Source: Patescibacteria group bacterium
Lineage (GTDB): Bacteria > Patescibacteriota > Patescibacteriia > XYB2-FULL-38-15
DNA: 64,000 bases
Reading direction: 5' to 3'
Assembly: GCA_041737355.1 (NCBI GenBank)
Contig: JBGSRW010000009.1
Coordinates: 5,323-69,322, forward strand
A program made the translations under genes and the position numbers. Under the pieces are notes generated by a model, which was given only the letters and a program-made list of their open reading frames with translations, searched no databases and was not told the DNA's origin. Each line of letters starts with the position of its first letter. The stretch's first letter is position 1. Shown piece by piece: positions 56,573-64,000 of this stretch.

Positions 56573-56714
56573 GTCGCTACCTCCCTCTTTCTGTTTGCGA
56601 CGCGTTAATCTAATATCATTTAATCAAAAAAGTCAAGAGTAATTGTTTATAGATAGATTGTTCCGTGCATGCGGCGCGGAACAGAAATTTACAAATAATT
56701 AAGTATAAAAAATT

Positions 56715-58616
56715 ATGCCAAAAATTTTAGGTATAGATCTCGGAACAACTAATTCCTGCATGTCCGTTATCCAAGGTGGCGAGCCGAAAGTGTTGGAAAA
56801 TAAAGAGGGCGCGAGAACCACGCCTTCGGTTGTCGCTGTGACAAAAAGCGGTGAGAGAATGGTCGGACAGATTGCCAAGAGGCAGTCAGTGACCAATCCG
56901 GAAAACACGCTTTATTCAATTAAGCGTTTAATCGGTAGGCGATATGACGACGCCGAAGTTGGCCGCGACATGAAAGTTCTGCCTTTTAAAATTGTTCAGT
57001 CGGGAGTCGGCGTGAAAATAAAAATGTCCGACAAAGAATATTCTCCGCAGGAAATTTCCGCCATGGTCCTCCAAAAAATGAAAGCCGACGCGGAAGAAAA
57101 ATTGGGAGAAAAAATTGAAGAAGCGGTAATTACCGTCCCGGCTTATTTTGACGACGCCCAACGTCAGGCGACCAAAGAAGCCGGAGAAATCGCGGGGCTC
57201 AAAGTGCGCCGGATTATCAACGAGCCGACCGCCGCGGCCTTGGCTTATGGATTAGACAAAAAGAAAGGCCAGCAAATTGTTGTTTACGATTTGGGCGGCG
57301 GAACTTTTGACGTTTCAGTTTTGGATATTGGTCAGGACACGGTTGAAGTTAAATCAACAAACGGCGATACTCATTTGGGCGGCGACGATTTTGACCAGAG
57401 AATAATCCATTGGATTTTGGATGAATTCAGAAAAGATCAGGGGATTGATTTGTCAAAAGATAATCTGGCCTTGCAGAGAATCAAGGAAGCGGCGGAAAAA
57501 GCAAAAATAGAATTATCAACCGCCATGGAATCGGAAATCAACCAGCCGTTTATCACTTCCGATTCTTCGGGGCCGAAACATTTGGTAATGAAAATGACGC
57601 GGGCGAAATTGGAAGAGTTGGTCGGAGATTTGGTCCAAGCGACTTTGGAGCCGTGCAAGAAAGCATTGGCTGACGCGAAGATGGATATTAAAGATATTGA
57701 AGAAGTGGTAATGGTCGGCGGAATGACGAGAATGCCGTTGGTTCTGCAGACCGTGGAAAACTTTTTTAGAAAGAAACCAAACCTGTCGGTAAATCCGGAC
57801 GAAGTTGTGGCAATCGGCGCGGCAGTTCAGGCGGGCGTTCTTCAGGGAGAGGTGCGAGATATTTTATTGCTCGACGTAACGCCGTTAACTTTAGGTCTTG
57901 AAACCCTGGGCGGAGTAATGACTCCATTAATTAACCGCAATACAACAATCCCGACTTCCAAATCTCAGGTTTTTTCAACCGCGGCTGACGGACAGACATC
58001 GGTTGAAATTCATGTTCTGCAAGGCGAACGGCCGATGGCTCCCGATAACAAGACTTTGGGGCGGTTTATTCTTTCGGGAATTCCGACGGCGCCGCGCGGC
58101 GTTCCTCAGGTTGAAGTGACTTTTGATATTGATGCGAACGGGATTTTGAATGTTAAAGCAAAAGACAAGGCAACCAACAAAGAACAATCAATTACCATTA
58201 CCGCGTCAACTGGTTTGTCAAAAGATGAAATAGAAAGAATGAAAAAGGAAGCCGATCTGCACGCCGAAGAAGACAAGAAACGCAAAGAATTGATTGATTT
58301 GAAAAATACCGCCGAAACAATTGTTTACACCACGGAAAAAATGCTGAAAGACGCGGGAGATAAAGTTAAGGCCGAAGATAAAAAAGCGATTGAAGAAAAA
58401 ATTGAAGCGTTAAAAAAAGTGAAGGACGGAGAAGATAAAGAAGCTATCAAAAAAGCGGCGGACGATTTAGCGCAGACGGCGCAGAAAGTCGGCGCGGCGA
58501 TGTACCAGCAGCAGCCGCCGCAGGGCGGTCCGGCAGCCGGAGCAGGCGGAACCGAGCCGGAGAAAAAAGATGATAAAAAGAAAACAGTGGAAGGCGAATA
58601 CGAAGAAGTAAAATAA
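56715..58616 (+). CDS. dnaK: Chaperone DnaK (Hsp70)
   Basis: [18 protein letters not shown], full-length Hsp70 similarity. Confidence 0.95.
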   Translation: MPKILGIDLGTTNSCMSVIQGGEPKVLENKEGARTTPSVVAVTKSGERMVGQIAKRQSVTNPENTLYSIKRLIGRRYDDAEVGRDMKVLPFKIVQSGVGVKIKMSDKEYSPQEISAMVLQKMKADAEEKLGEKIEEAVITVPAYFDDAQRQATKEAGEIAGLKVRRIINEPTAAALAYGLDKKKGQQIVVYDLGGGTFDVSVLDIGQDTVEVKSTNGDTHLGGDDFDQRIIHWILDEFRKDQGIDLSKDNLALQRIKEAAEKAKIELSTAMESEINQPFITSDSSGPKHLVMKMTRAKLEELVGDLVQATLEPCKKALADAKMDIKDIEEVVMVGGMTRMPLVLQTVENFFRKKPNLSVNPDEVVAIGAAVQAGVLQGEVRDILLLDVTPLTLGLETLGGVMTPLINRNTTIPTSKSQVFSTAADGQTSVEIHVLQGERPMAPDNKTLGRFILSGIPTAPRGVPQVEVTFDIDANGILNVKAKDKATNKEQSITITASTGLSKDEIERMKKEADLHAEEDKKRKELIDLKNTAETIVYTTEKMLKDAGDKVKAEDKKAIEEKIEALKKVKDGEDKEAIKKAADDLAQTAQKVGAAMYQQQPPQGGPAAGAGGTEPEKKDDKKKTVEGEYEEVK

Positions 58617-58617
58617 A

Positions 58618-59697
58618 ATGGCAAAAGATTATTACAATGTTTTAGGCGTTTCAAAAGGAGCGAGCCAGGACGAAATAAAAAAGGCCTTCCGTGAATTGGC
58701 GCACAAATATCATCCCGACAAACAGGGCGGCAGCGCGGATAAGTTCAAAGAAATCAACGAGGCCTATCAGGTTTTGTCCAATCCCGAAAAACGCCAGCAA
58801 TACGATCAATTCGGAACCACCTTTGAACAGGCCCAAGGCCAGGGTGGTTTTTCCGGTTTTGACGGCTTCCGCGATTTTTCCGGATTTGCCAACGGTTTTG
58901 ATATGGGGGATCTTGGCGATATGTTCGGTTTTGGAGATATCTTTGGCGGCGGACGAAAAGCCAAGGGGCGGGCCGGACGCGGCCGCGATATTGAAGTGGA
59001 AATGGAAATAGATTTCCGCGAAGCGGTTTTCGGCGCGGAAAAAGTTTTGGATTTATACAAACCGAGCGCCTGCAAAAACTGCGGCGGCAGCGGAGCCGAT
59101 CCAAAAAGCAAAATTTCAACCTGCGCGAAATGCGGCGGCGCCGGCCGGGTTCAGGTTGTCCAGCGGACTTTTTTGGGGAACATCCAGTCGGTTTCAACCT
59201 GCCCGGATTGCGGCGGCGAAGGGAAAAAGGCGGAGCGGGAATGTCCGAACTGCCACGGCAACGGAGTTATAAGCGATTCCAAAAAGCTCAAGATAAAAAT
59301 TCCGGCGGGAGTTGATAACGGCCAAACCATCAAAATATCCGGCGAAGGGGAGGCCGGTAAACGCGGCGGCAGGGCGGGGGATTTATTTGTTACCTTCAGA
59401 GTCAGGCCGGACCGCGAACTCCGTCGCAAGGATAACGACATTTTAACCATTTTGGAATTAAGTTTTTCCCAAGCCGCGCTTGGCGAAAAAATCGAGATAG
59501 AAACCCTGGATGGAAAAATAAAATTAACCGTTCCGGCCGGAACGCAATCGGGACAAATTTTCCGGCTGAAGGGAAGAGGGGTTCCGCAGCTTGGCGGCTA
59601 CGGAAGAGGGGACCATCTCGTGGAAATAAAAGTTTTGACGCCGGCCAATCTCACAAGGCGCCAGAAGGAATTGCTCGAAGAGTTAGCCCGCGAGTAG
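58618..59697 (+). CDS. dnaJ: Chaperone DnaJ (Hsp40), type I
   Basis: J-domain with HPD (YHPDKQ), G/F region, four CxxCxGxG zinc motifs, C-terminal domains. Confidence 0.9.
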   Translation: MAKDYYNVLGVSKGASQDEIKKAFRELAHKYHPDKQGGSADKFKEINEAYQVLSNPEKRQQYDQFGTTFEQAQGQGGFSGFDGFRDFSGFANGFDMGDLGDMFGFGDIFGGGRKAKGRAGRGRDIEVEMEIDFREAVFGAEKVLDLYKPSACKNCGGSGADPKSKISTCAKCGGAGRVQVVQRTFLGNIQSVSTCPDCGGEGKKAERECPNCHGNGVISDSKKLKIKIPAGVDNGQTIKISGEGEAGKRGGRAGDLFVTFRVRPDRELRRKDNDILTILELSFSQAALGEKIEIETLDGKIKLTVPAGTQSGQIFRLKGRGVPQLGGYGRGDHLVEIKVLTPANLTRRQKELLEELARE

Positions 59698-59743
59698 TTT
59701 TTGTGATATAATTAAATAATATTCACATAAACTCTTTTGTTTT

Positions 59744-60289
59744 ATGCAATTTCTCCAATCAATCGACTGGGCGATGCCGACTTGGGATCTTTTTATCGTA
59801 ATATTTTTCGTGATCGCCGCTTTTCTTTACGGGCTTTCGCTCGGACGGGACAGGGTCATTGTAATTTTGGTTTCAATCTACATGGCTCTTGCGGTCATTA
59901 ATACCGCGCCGTATCTTAACGACTGGTCGGGAAAGGATATCAACGTCAATTTGGGGCCGAATTTCGCTTTCAAGGTAACTTTATTTTTGGGAGTTTTTAT
60001 CGCCCTGTTTTTTCTTCTTTCAAGAAGCGCTCTCTCGCGGGCCTTTGGATCGTCGGGCGGCGGGGGAAGCTGGTGGCAGGTAATTCTTTTCAGTTTTCTG
60101 CATATTGGTCTTATGATCAGCGTGGTGATGTCTTTTCTGCCTACTGAAACGGCTGAACATTTATTGCCGCTAACGAGGCAAATTTTTACGAGCGAGCTCG
60201 GTAAATTTCTTTGGATTACAACGCCGATCGCGGCTATGGTTTTGTTCAAAGGCGGAAGCAACCGCGGCCGGCCGCCGCTTGTTGAGTAA
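59744..60289 (+). CDS. CvpA-family membrane protein
   Basis: Four TM helices with a CvpA-like N-terminus (WDLFIVIFFVIAAFLYGLSLG). Confidence 0.45.
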   Translation: MQFLQSIDWAMPTWDLFIVIFFVIAAFLYGLSLGRDRVIVILVSIYMALAVINTAPYLNDWSGKDINVNLGPNFAFKVTLFLGVFIALFFLLSRSALSRAFGSSGGGGSWWQVILFSFLHIGLMISVVMSFLPTETAEHLLPLTRQIFTSELGKFLWITTPIAAMVLFKGGSNRGRPPLVE

Positions 60290-60305
60290 TTTTAAATAGT
60301 TATTA

Positions 60306-60337
60306 CAAAAAACCGAGCCCGGGAAAGGGCTCGGTTT
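60306..60337. terminator. Bidirectional intrinsic terminator
   Basis: aaaaaccgagcccgggaaagggctcggtttt. Confidence 0.8.
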
Positions 60338-60354
60338 TAATTTCATTAATTTAT

Positions 60355-61005
60355 TTACGGTTGCGGTACAGCCGGACGTTCAGGAGTTATTGTCAGGCGG
60401 ATTTCTTTTGCTTCGAACTGGGCAGTCATCTTTATGTTCGCGTCAGAGGTGACGGAAATAATGTCGCCAGCTTTCAAATCGGACAATTTCAATTCCTCCG
60501 TGGTAAATGCCTGCGGCGGCGCGGGAGGAGTTTCGTTGGGCGCTAAATTTCCCGTGCTTTGTCTATATTTTTCAAATTCAGCGGCAAATTCGTCCGGCGC
60601 TTTATTGGTTTGTTTTAGGATTTTTGTGTTTTCGCTTACCGTGATTGTTCTTTCCTCAGGCGCCTGTTCGGCCAGAGGATTGGCGACTGTCGGATCTGCT
60701 TTTATAGTAATTTTATTTTGGGCAACTGCCGATATTTTTCCGGAGATGGTAAAAATTTCTTCCGGTTCGGGGCGTAGCAAGCCGGATTTTTCAAGTTTGG
60801 CGCGGGCGGCATCAAAGCCGGCCTGGTAAGAATTATTTTGATTTCCGCCGAGAAGGCTAAGGACGGGGTAGTTTGCGTTGTTAGAGTTGATAGAGTAACC
60901 AGCATAGAAGGCGGCCAAAAGAATTATAAATAGGCCAAGTGCGATAATGAGGATTTTTAAAAACGCTGCAGTTTTTTTGGGCCTGGGTGTTAGCTCTTGT
61001 TCCAT
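60355..61005 (-). CDS. Membrane-anchored secreted hypothetical protein
   Basis: N-terminal TM (LKILIIALGLFIILLAAFYAG), Pro/Ala-rich C-terminus. Confidence 0.4.
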   Translation of the reverse strand: MEQELTPRPKKTAAFLKILIIALGLFIILLAAFYAGYSINSNNANYPVLSLLGGNQNNSYQAGFDAARAKLEKSGLLRPEPEEIFTISGKISAVAQNKITIKADPTVANPLAEQAPEERTITVSENTKILKQTNKAPDEFAAEFEKYRQSTGNLAPNETPPAPPQAFTTEELKLSDLKAGDIISVTSDANIKMTAQFEAKEIRLTITPERPAVPQP

Positions 61006-61069
61006 AAATTTTAAGGTTAGTTTAATAATTTTGTGGAAAGATTATTTAATTATACCACTCTATTCTCCC

Positions 61070-61098
61070 TTGACAAAATGGCTAAAACGGATTTAAGT
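61070..61098 (+). promoter_or_regulatory. Promoter of island I7 (TTGACAAAA-17-TTAAGT) followed by a leader hairpin with U-run
   Basis: cccTTGACAaaatggctaaaacggatTTAAGT; leader hairpin cttgtctcggagtgagacagg then tttttgtt at 61108-61136. Confidence 0.45.
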
Positions 61099-61179
61099 AT
61101 ATGGAGGCTTGTCTCGGAGTGAGACAGGTTTTTGTTCGAAAGCAGCTTCTCGGCCAAAAGCCGGGAAGGGAGGGAAAAA

Positions 61180-63603
61180 ATGAGGCTGTTCGTTCTTTTC
61201 ATTCTGGTACTTGGGGCGACCCAGGCATCGGAGGCCTTGGCGAGCGAGAGCTCACCTATTGGCGAAGCAGGGCAGGCCTACGAGGTCAGGCCCCGCGACC
61301 GGCTCGAGCGGGTGGCGGCGCATTTCGGCGTGACGATCGGAGAAATCATCTCCGCCAATCCGCCGCGCGCTTTCATCCGCGAATGCGTTGGCCAGCGCGA
61401 ACTTACGCTCCGTAACGGCGAGACGATCACTGTCTGCCGGCGGGTTCATTACGGACTTATCGCCGGAAAGACGCTCATCATCCCGGTTCCACGCTTGATT
61501 GTCGAATCGGAAAATGTCCGACTTGACGCGGAAAACACGGCTCTTGAGGCCGAACGCGACCAGGCCGAGAGAGAGAGCGATTTGTTGAAGCAAGAGCGCG
61601 ACGCTTTGCGCGCCGAACGCGATGAACTGAAGCGGACGGCCGAAGCAGCGCTTCGCGAGAAGGCCGAGATCCAGGGCCGCTACGACGAGCTGAAGCAAGC
61701 TTCTGCCGTGAGGCCGGAAAATAATGTGAACTCTCCGGCCGAAAGCAAGAGTTCCGCGCCTTCCGCGATGTATAATCGCGAGGCGTTCTTCTTCGTCATT
61801 CTGGCGATCATGGGATGCTCCCTGATTGTCATCGCACACAGGCATTTTACCCGTCCCGGATTGAAACTGAAGCGATCGGTCGAAGAACTCCGGCGCGAAC
61901 GGGCGAATTTTGAAATCGTGCGTTCCGCCTTGGCGGAAGAAGGCAAGGAACTTGCCGAGCGGCGGCGCCGGCTCGACGCCGAGGATCTGGAAATTCGCAC
62001 GCAGAGGTCGACGCTTGAGCGCGACCAGGAGAGTTTGCGGACTCAGCGCGATGAACTCGGCAAGTGGGAAGAGAGCTTGAAGGCAAGGGCAGCCGCCCCT
62101 GTGTCCGAGAAGCCGAAGACAGTCACTGCAATCGGCGTCCCGCCGATTTTCTCGCCCGTTCCGACTGGCGCGGAAAAAGCCAAGACCGAAGCGGGACTGC
62201 TGCAGGTCATGGTTGCCCGCGGGCGCCAACTCCTCGAAGAGGATTTCCGGACGCTTGCCGGACGCGAAGCAGCTTGCACGGCCCGTGAAAAGGCCATTGA
62301 GCGTCGGGTTGCGGCGCTTGATTCATTGCGGCAGGCCCTTGAAGACCGGGAGAAGAACCTTACCACAAAAGAACACGGGGTCGAAGAGTTGCGCAGGACC
62401 TTCAGCAGCGGGAAAGCCCGTTGCGACCTAACGGACATCGCCCAAACTGAACGGGAAGAGAATCTCGTTAAGGGTTTTGCCGATTTGACGGCTCAGAGAG
62501 ACCGTTTGGACAAGGAATTCGGCCAAAGGCAAATTGACCTTGACCGGCGTGCCACAGAGATCGACGGCAAGGTCCGGATGTACGACGAGGACATCGCTCC
62601 GGCGATCAAAAAGGCCCGGGAAGACCTCGCCGCCCGTGAGGCCGCTTTCGCCGAACGGGAGCGTGGGCTTGCGGAAACGGAAAGAAGCAACACGGCCCGT
62701 GCCGAAAAGCTTAGCGAAGACGAGCGCGCTTACGAACGCCGGATGCAGGAACTGAAGCAGACAGGCGACGACCTCGATCTGCGCGCTGAAAAGTTGGGCG
62801 AAGGCGAGCAGAAACTCAGCGAAGAACAGCTTGAGCTGAAGAACAACCGCGACGCCTTTGCCAACGAAGTCGACGCGGCTAAGGGTATTCTTACCCGGGC
62901 CAAGCGCAAGAAGGAAATCGTCGCCACGCTCGAAGAACGCGAAGCCGAAGTCGCTCGGCGCGAACGAGAATGTGAAGCGCGCGAAGGCACGCTTCAGTCC
63001 TGGTCGGAGCGGCTTAGCGAACGGGAACGAAAGGTTGTTCTTGCCGAGCTTCCGACAAGTGGGATACCCCACAGGCCGACACTGGCGCCGGCGTTTCCGC
63101 CTCTTCCGTTGCCCGGAGATATTACCCCTGGCACAAGCGCCGACGACGACAATCCTACGGTCACTTTCCAACCGCCGACGGACGAGGAAATTGATCCGAG
63201 GGCCGCGACCCACATTGAAATGAACCCCGGCCCGGCAATGGTAGTTGATTCTGTTGATATTGAGGGCGAAAGGGTAATCGGAACTTCCGAAGAACCGTCC
63301 GCCCCCGCAGCGGACTTGACGGTGCCGGACGGCTCGCTAACCTGCCGGCGCGAGGAGGACGGTCAGGAAGTTGATCTTGCCTCCGCTGAAGCACATATCG
63401 GAATCTGCCGGTCGCCGGCCGGAGCAGAGTCACCGCTCCGCGAAACCGGACCGCACATTCCGGTAGCGGCAGAGCCAATGCTGCACTCGGAAAGTTCTTT
63501 TTGGTGCAGCCTCTGCAAACGGGATATCCCTATGGATGACATGGATGCCCACCAGAAGCTGCATCAAGAGCAGGAAAACCACGGCCCGCTTGGCCAGGGA
63601 TAA
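61180..63603 (+). CDS. G+C-rich LysM-domain, membrane-spanning, long coiled-coil protein with C-terminal C2H2-type zinc-finger-like motif (island I7)
   Basis: RBS GGGAGGG; signal peptide; LysM (YEVRPRDRLERVAAHFGVTIGEIISANP); TM (FFFVILAIMGCSLIVIAH); about 400 aa of E/R/A-rich coiled coil; Pro-rich spacer; CSLCKRDIPMDDMDAHQKLH (C-x2-C-x12-H-x3-H). Confidence 0.5.
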   Translation: MRLFVLFILVLGATQASEALASESSPIGEAGQAYEVRPRDRLERVAAHFGVTIGEIISANPPRAFIRECVGQRELTLRNGETITVCRRVHYGLIAGKTLIIPVPRLIVESENVRLDAENTALEAERDQAERESDLLKQERDALRAERDELKRTAEAALREKAEIQGRYDELKQASAVRPENNVNSPAESKSSAPSAMYNREAFFFVILAIMGCSLIVIAHRHFTRPGLKLKRSVEELRRERANFEIVRSALAEEGKELAERRRRLDAEDLEIRTQRSTLERDQESLRTQRDELGKWEESLKARAAAPVSEKPKTVTAIGVPPIFSPVPTGAEKAKTEAGLLQVMVARGRQLLEEDFRTLAGREAACTAREKAIERRVAALDSLRQALEDREKNLTTKEHGVEELRRTFSSGKARCDLTDIAQTEREENLVKGFADLTAQRDRLDKEFGQRQIDLDRRATEIDGKVRMYDEDIAPAIKKAREDLAAREAAFAERERGLAETERSNTARAEKLSEDERAYERRMQELKQTGDDLDLRAEKLGEGEQKLSEEQLELKNNRDAFANEVDAAKGILTRAKRKKEIVATLEEREAEVARRERECEAREGTLQSWSERLSERERKVVLAELPTSGIPHRPTLAPAFPPLPLPGDITPGTSADDDNPTVTFQPPTDEEIDPRAATHIEMNPGPAMVVDSVDIEGERVIGTSEEPSAPAADLTVPDGSLTCRREEDGQEVDLASAEAHIGICRSPAGAESPLRETGPHIPVAAEPMLHSESSFWCSLCKRDIPMDDMDAHQKLHQEQENHGPLGQG

Positions 63604-63627
63604 GTGAAAAGCAGGAGGAAGCACAAT

Positions 63628-63662
63628 GCCGGACAATAAGCTTATTGTCCGGCGTTTTTTTA
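63628..63662 (+). terminator. Intrinsic terminator
   Basis: gccggacaataagcttattgtccggc followed by gtttttttt. Confidence 0.8.
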
Positions 63663-63864
63663 TTTTGCCTTTATGCCGTAGGCGGAAAAGTGGGAAGTAT
63701 ATTGTGAGCGAGCGGTAGCGAGCGAACTCTGCTCAAATGAGAATTCTAAAGGAGGATACTCCTTTAGTCGGAGGGCGGAATATAATAATCATCCGCCTGA
63801 CGATACTTTTTGTACTAATTTTTTTATGCTATACTATATTAATATCAAAACATTTCGCTTTATG

Positions 63865-64000
63865 AATATGCGAATGCGATTTTTTCTTATTTGTCTGGCC
63901 GTAATTCTTTTTAGTACGGCCGGTGGTTTAGGTTTGCGTTTTGCCTTGGCTGCCTGGCAGGAACCGACCGCGGCTCCGCCGGACAATAATGTTCCCGGAC
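63865..64000 (+). CDS. Secreted hypothetical protein (5' partial, runs off the window)
   Basis: MNMRMRFFLICLAVILFSTAGG signal peptide; G+C-rich from about 63900. Confidence 0.35.

Noticed and set aside
61252-62229. 325-aa minus-strand ORF and other long antisense ORFs inside 61180-63603
   Set aside because: Expected stop-codon depletion in G+C-rich DNA; the plus-strand frame has a signal peptide, LysM, TM, coiled coil and zinc finger.
1-64000. CRISPR arrays, diversity-generating retroelement TR/VR pairs, rRNA genes, transposases, integrases
   Set aside because: No regularly spaced short direct repeats, no reverse transcriptase or A-mutated near-repeats, no rRNA-like conserved strings, and no recombinase-like ORFs were seen.

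Overview
The window looks like a low-G+C (by eye about 35-40%), compact, almost entirely plus-strand-coded genome of CPR/Patescibacteria (Parcubacteria-like) type, with the standard genetic code. Housekeeping and cell-envelope genes dominate: many GT2/GT4 glycosyltransferases, mreB, PBP2 (mrdA), murF, uppP, a MacAB-type ABC efflux set, frr, glyQS, tpiA, fba, holB, rarA, rlmH, yidC, a hendecad-repeat histidine kinase with two receiver proteins, and an hrcA-grpE-hsp20-dnaK-dnaJ operon with a CIRCE operator. There are seven tRNAs (Thr, Tyr, Thr, Trp, Pro on the minus strand, Glu, plus one tRNA-like element), and two genes below the 60-aa ORF cutoff (rpmG and a zinc-ribbon protein). The most unusual feature is a set of about nine sharply G+C-rich islands (by eye about 55-65%) scattered through the AT-rich backbone. 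Each island is a self-contained transcription unit with a near-consensus promoter (TTGACAAAA, 17-nt spacer, TGnTAAaTT) and an intrinsic terminator. Some encode unrelated small proteins. Two are tandem cassettes that share an identical 60-nt leader including the start codon. Two or three appear to be long non-coding structured RNAs: a 155-nt tRNA-like element fused to a roughly 620-nt ornate RNA downstream of yidC, and a roughly 470-nt minus-strand RNA next to trmB. Two repeat-bounded remnants point to past integration events: an 85-bp direct repeat of the TPR-gene 3' end enclosing a Rep-like wHTH fragment next to a tRNA cluster, and a duplicated tRNA-Glu 3' end. No CRISPR array, rRNA, transposase or integrase was seen.
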